Of a stretch of 64,000 bases of DNA, positions 63,183-64,000 are shown one piece after another. The position numbers and the translations under genes were made by a program. The stretch is taken from positions 320,001 to 384,000 of the forward strand of contig JBMNJT010000008.1 in NCBI GenBank assembly GCA_050951805.1, given 5' to 3'. Source of the DNA: Bacillota bacterium (lineage in GTDB: Bacteria; Bacillota; DTU025). Within the stretch, counting starts at the first letter, position 1, and each line of letters begins with the position of its first letter. The notes beneath the pieces are model-generated. The model was not told the origin of the DNA. It ran no database searches and saw only the letters and a list, made by a program, of their open reading frames with translations.

Positions 63183-64000
63183 TTGTCCGATGAATACGTG
63201 TTGGAAATGAGGCAGATCTGCAAGCGCTTTGGCGGCACGCTTGCCCTTGACAACGTCGACTTTGCGGTGAACAAAGGCGAGGTGCACGCCCTCATCGGGG
63301 AAAACGGTGCTGGTAAGAGCACCCTCATCAAGATACTCAGTGGCATTTACTCTGCTGACTCTGGGACTATTGCCGTCGATGGCAAGAAGGTTGAGATACA
63401 TTCGCCTCAAGATGCACAGCGACTCGGAATAGCCACAGTGCATCAGGAATTGAATCTTGCCCCTGACTTGACAGTGGCCGAAAATGTGTACCTTGGCAGG
63501 CTGCCCACGAAGAGAGGCTCGATCATAGATTGGTCTACATTGCAACAACAGGCGGAACTCGCTTTTGAGCAGCTGGGCGTGGCTGACCAGATCGACCCGA
63601 TGGTGCCAGTGCGCAGCCTGAGCATTTCCAAACAACAGCTTGTGGAGATAGCCAAAGCTTTCTCCGCTGGAGCGCGTCTTATTATCATGGATGAACCCAC
63701 GTCGTCCCTGCCTGAAAGTGAAGTTCAGCATCTGTTTGATGTTGTCAGAACCCTAAACCGCAAGGGGGTCAGCTTCATCTACATCTCCCACCGCCTCGAA
63801 GAAGTATTGGCCATTACCGACTCCTTGACTGTGCTGCGCGACGGTAGATTGGTCGGATCGTGCAAGACTGCCGAGACATCCTATGACGACATCGTCAGGA
63901 TGATGGTGGGGCGAGAGCTTACAGAACGTTTTCCTAAGAGAGAACCGAGTATAGGTGAGACTGTGCTCGAAGTGGAAGGCCTTGCTGATGCTGGACGTTT
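63183..64000 (+). CDS. Sugar ABC transporter ATP-binding protein (RbsA-like), runs off right edge
   Basis: Not in ORF track; TTG start reads MSDEYVLEMRQICKRFGG...VHALIGENGAGKSTL...IMDEPTSSL...YISHRLEE. Confidence 0.92.
   Translation, partial: MSDEYVLEMRQICKRFGGTLALDNVDFAVNKGEVHALIGENGAGKSTLIKILSGIYSADSGTIAVDGKKVEIHSPQDAQRLGIATVHQELNLAPDLTVAENVYLGRLPTKRGSIIDWSTLQQQAELAFEQLGVADQIDPMVPVRSLSISKQQLVEIAKAFSAGARLIIMDEPTSSLPESEVQHLFDVVRTLNRKGVSFIYISHRLEEVLAITDSLTVLRDGRLVGSCKTAETSYDDIVRMMVGRELTERFPKREPSIGETVLEVEGLADAGR

Noticed and set aside
61378-63731. Long antisense ORFs (61378-62397, 63141-63731; likewise 10795-11649, 39028-39891, 54282-54983)
   Set aside because: Opposite-strand shadows of well-supported genes in GC-rich DNA.

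Overview
Chromosomal window from a GC-rich bacterium, probably an endospore-forming diderm Bacillota (inferred from tig-clpP-clpX-lonB-lon, a SafA-like LysM protein and an outer-membrane beta-barrel). Bases 1-5.7 kb are the AT-rich right end of a serine-recombinase element inserted in the 3' end of rlmD. It carries DNA-acting cargo genes (Phd-wHTH, an EndoIII-like glycosylase, a DUF6884/GIY-YIG-like protein). 5.7-15.4 kb holds DegV, a partly decayed flavinylation/EET-like locus, and a tyrosine-specifier T-box riboswitch directly upstream of a tyrosine-phenol-lyase-type enzyme. That pairing is the most striking finding and suggests starvation-induced phenol-to-tyrosine salvage. 16-35.7 kb is a decaying accessory region ending at tRNA-Arg(TCT), with ant(6), Fpg/Nei, TA modules, duplicated LytTR/HK genes, an ABC exporter pair, three IS elements and an att duplication. 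36-64 kb is mostly core: a secreted M20 hydrolase, a maltodextrin operon, K+ and Mg2+ transport, tRNAs, the Clp/Lon cluster with a solitary type I-E-like CRISPR repeat, and a GntR-NagB-like-ribokinase-ABC sugar operon. All family calls come from motif recognition by eye; no searches were run.
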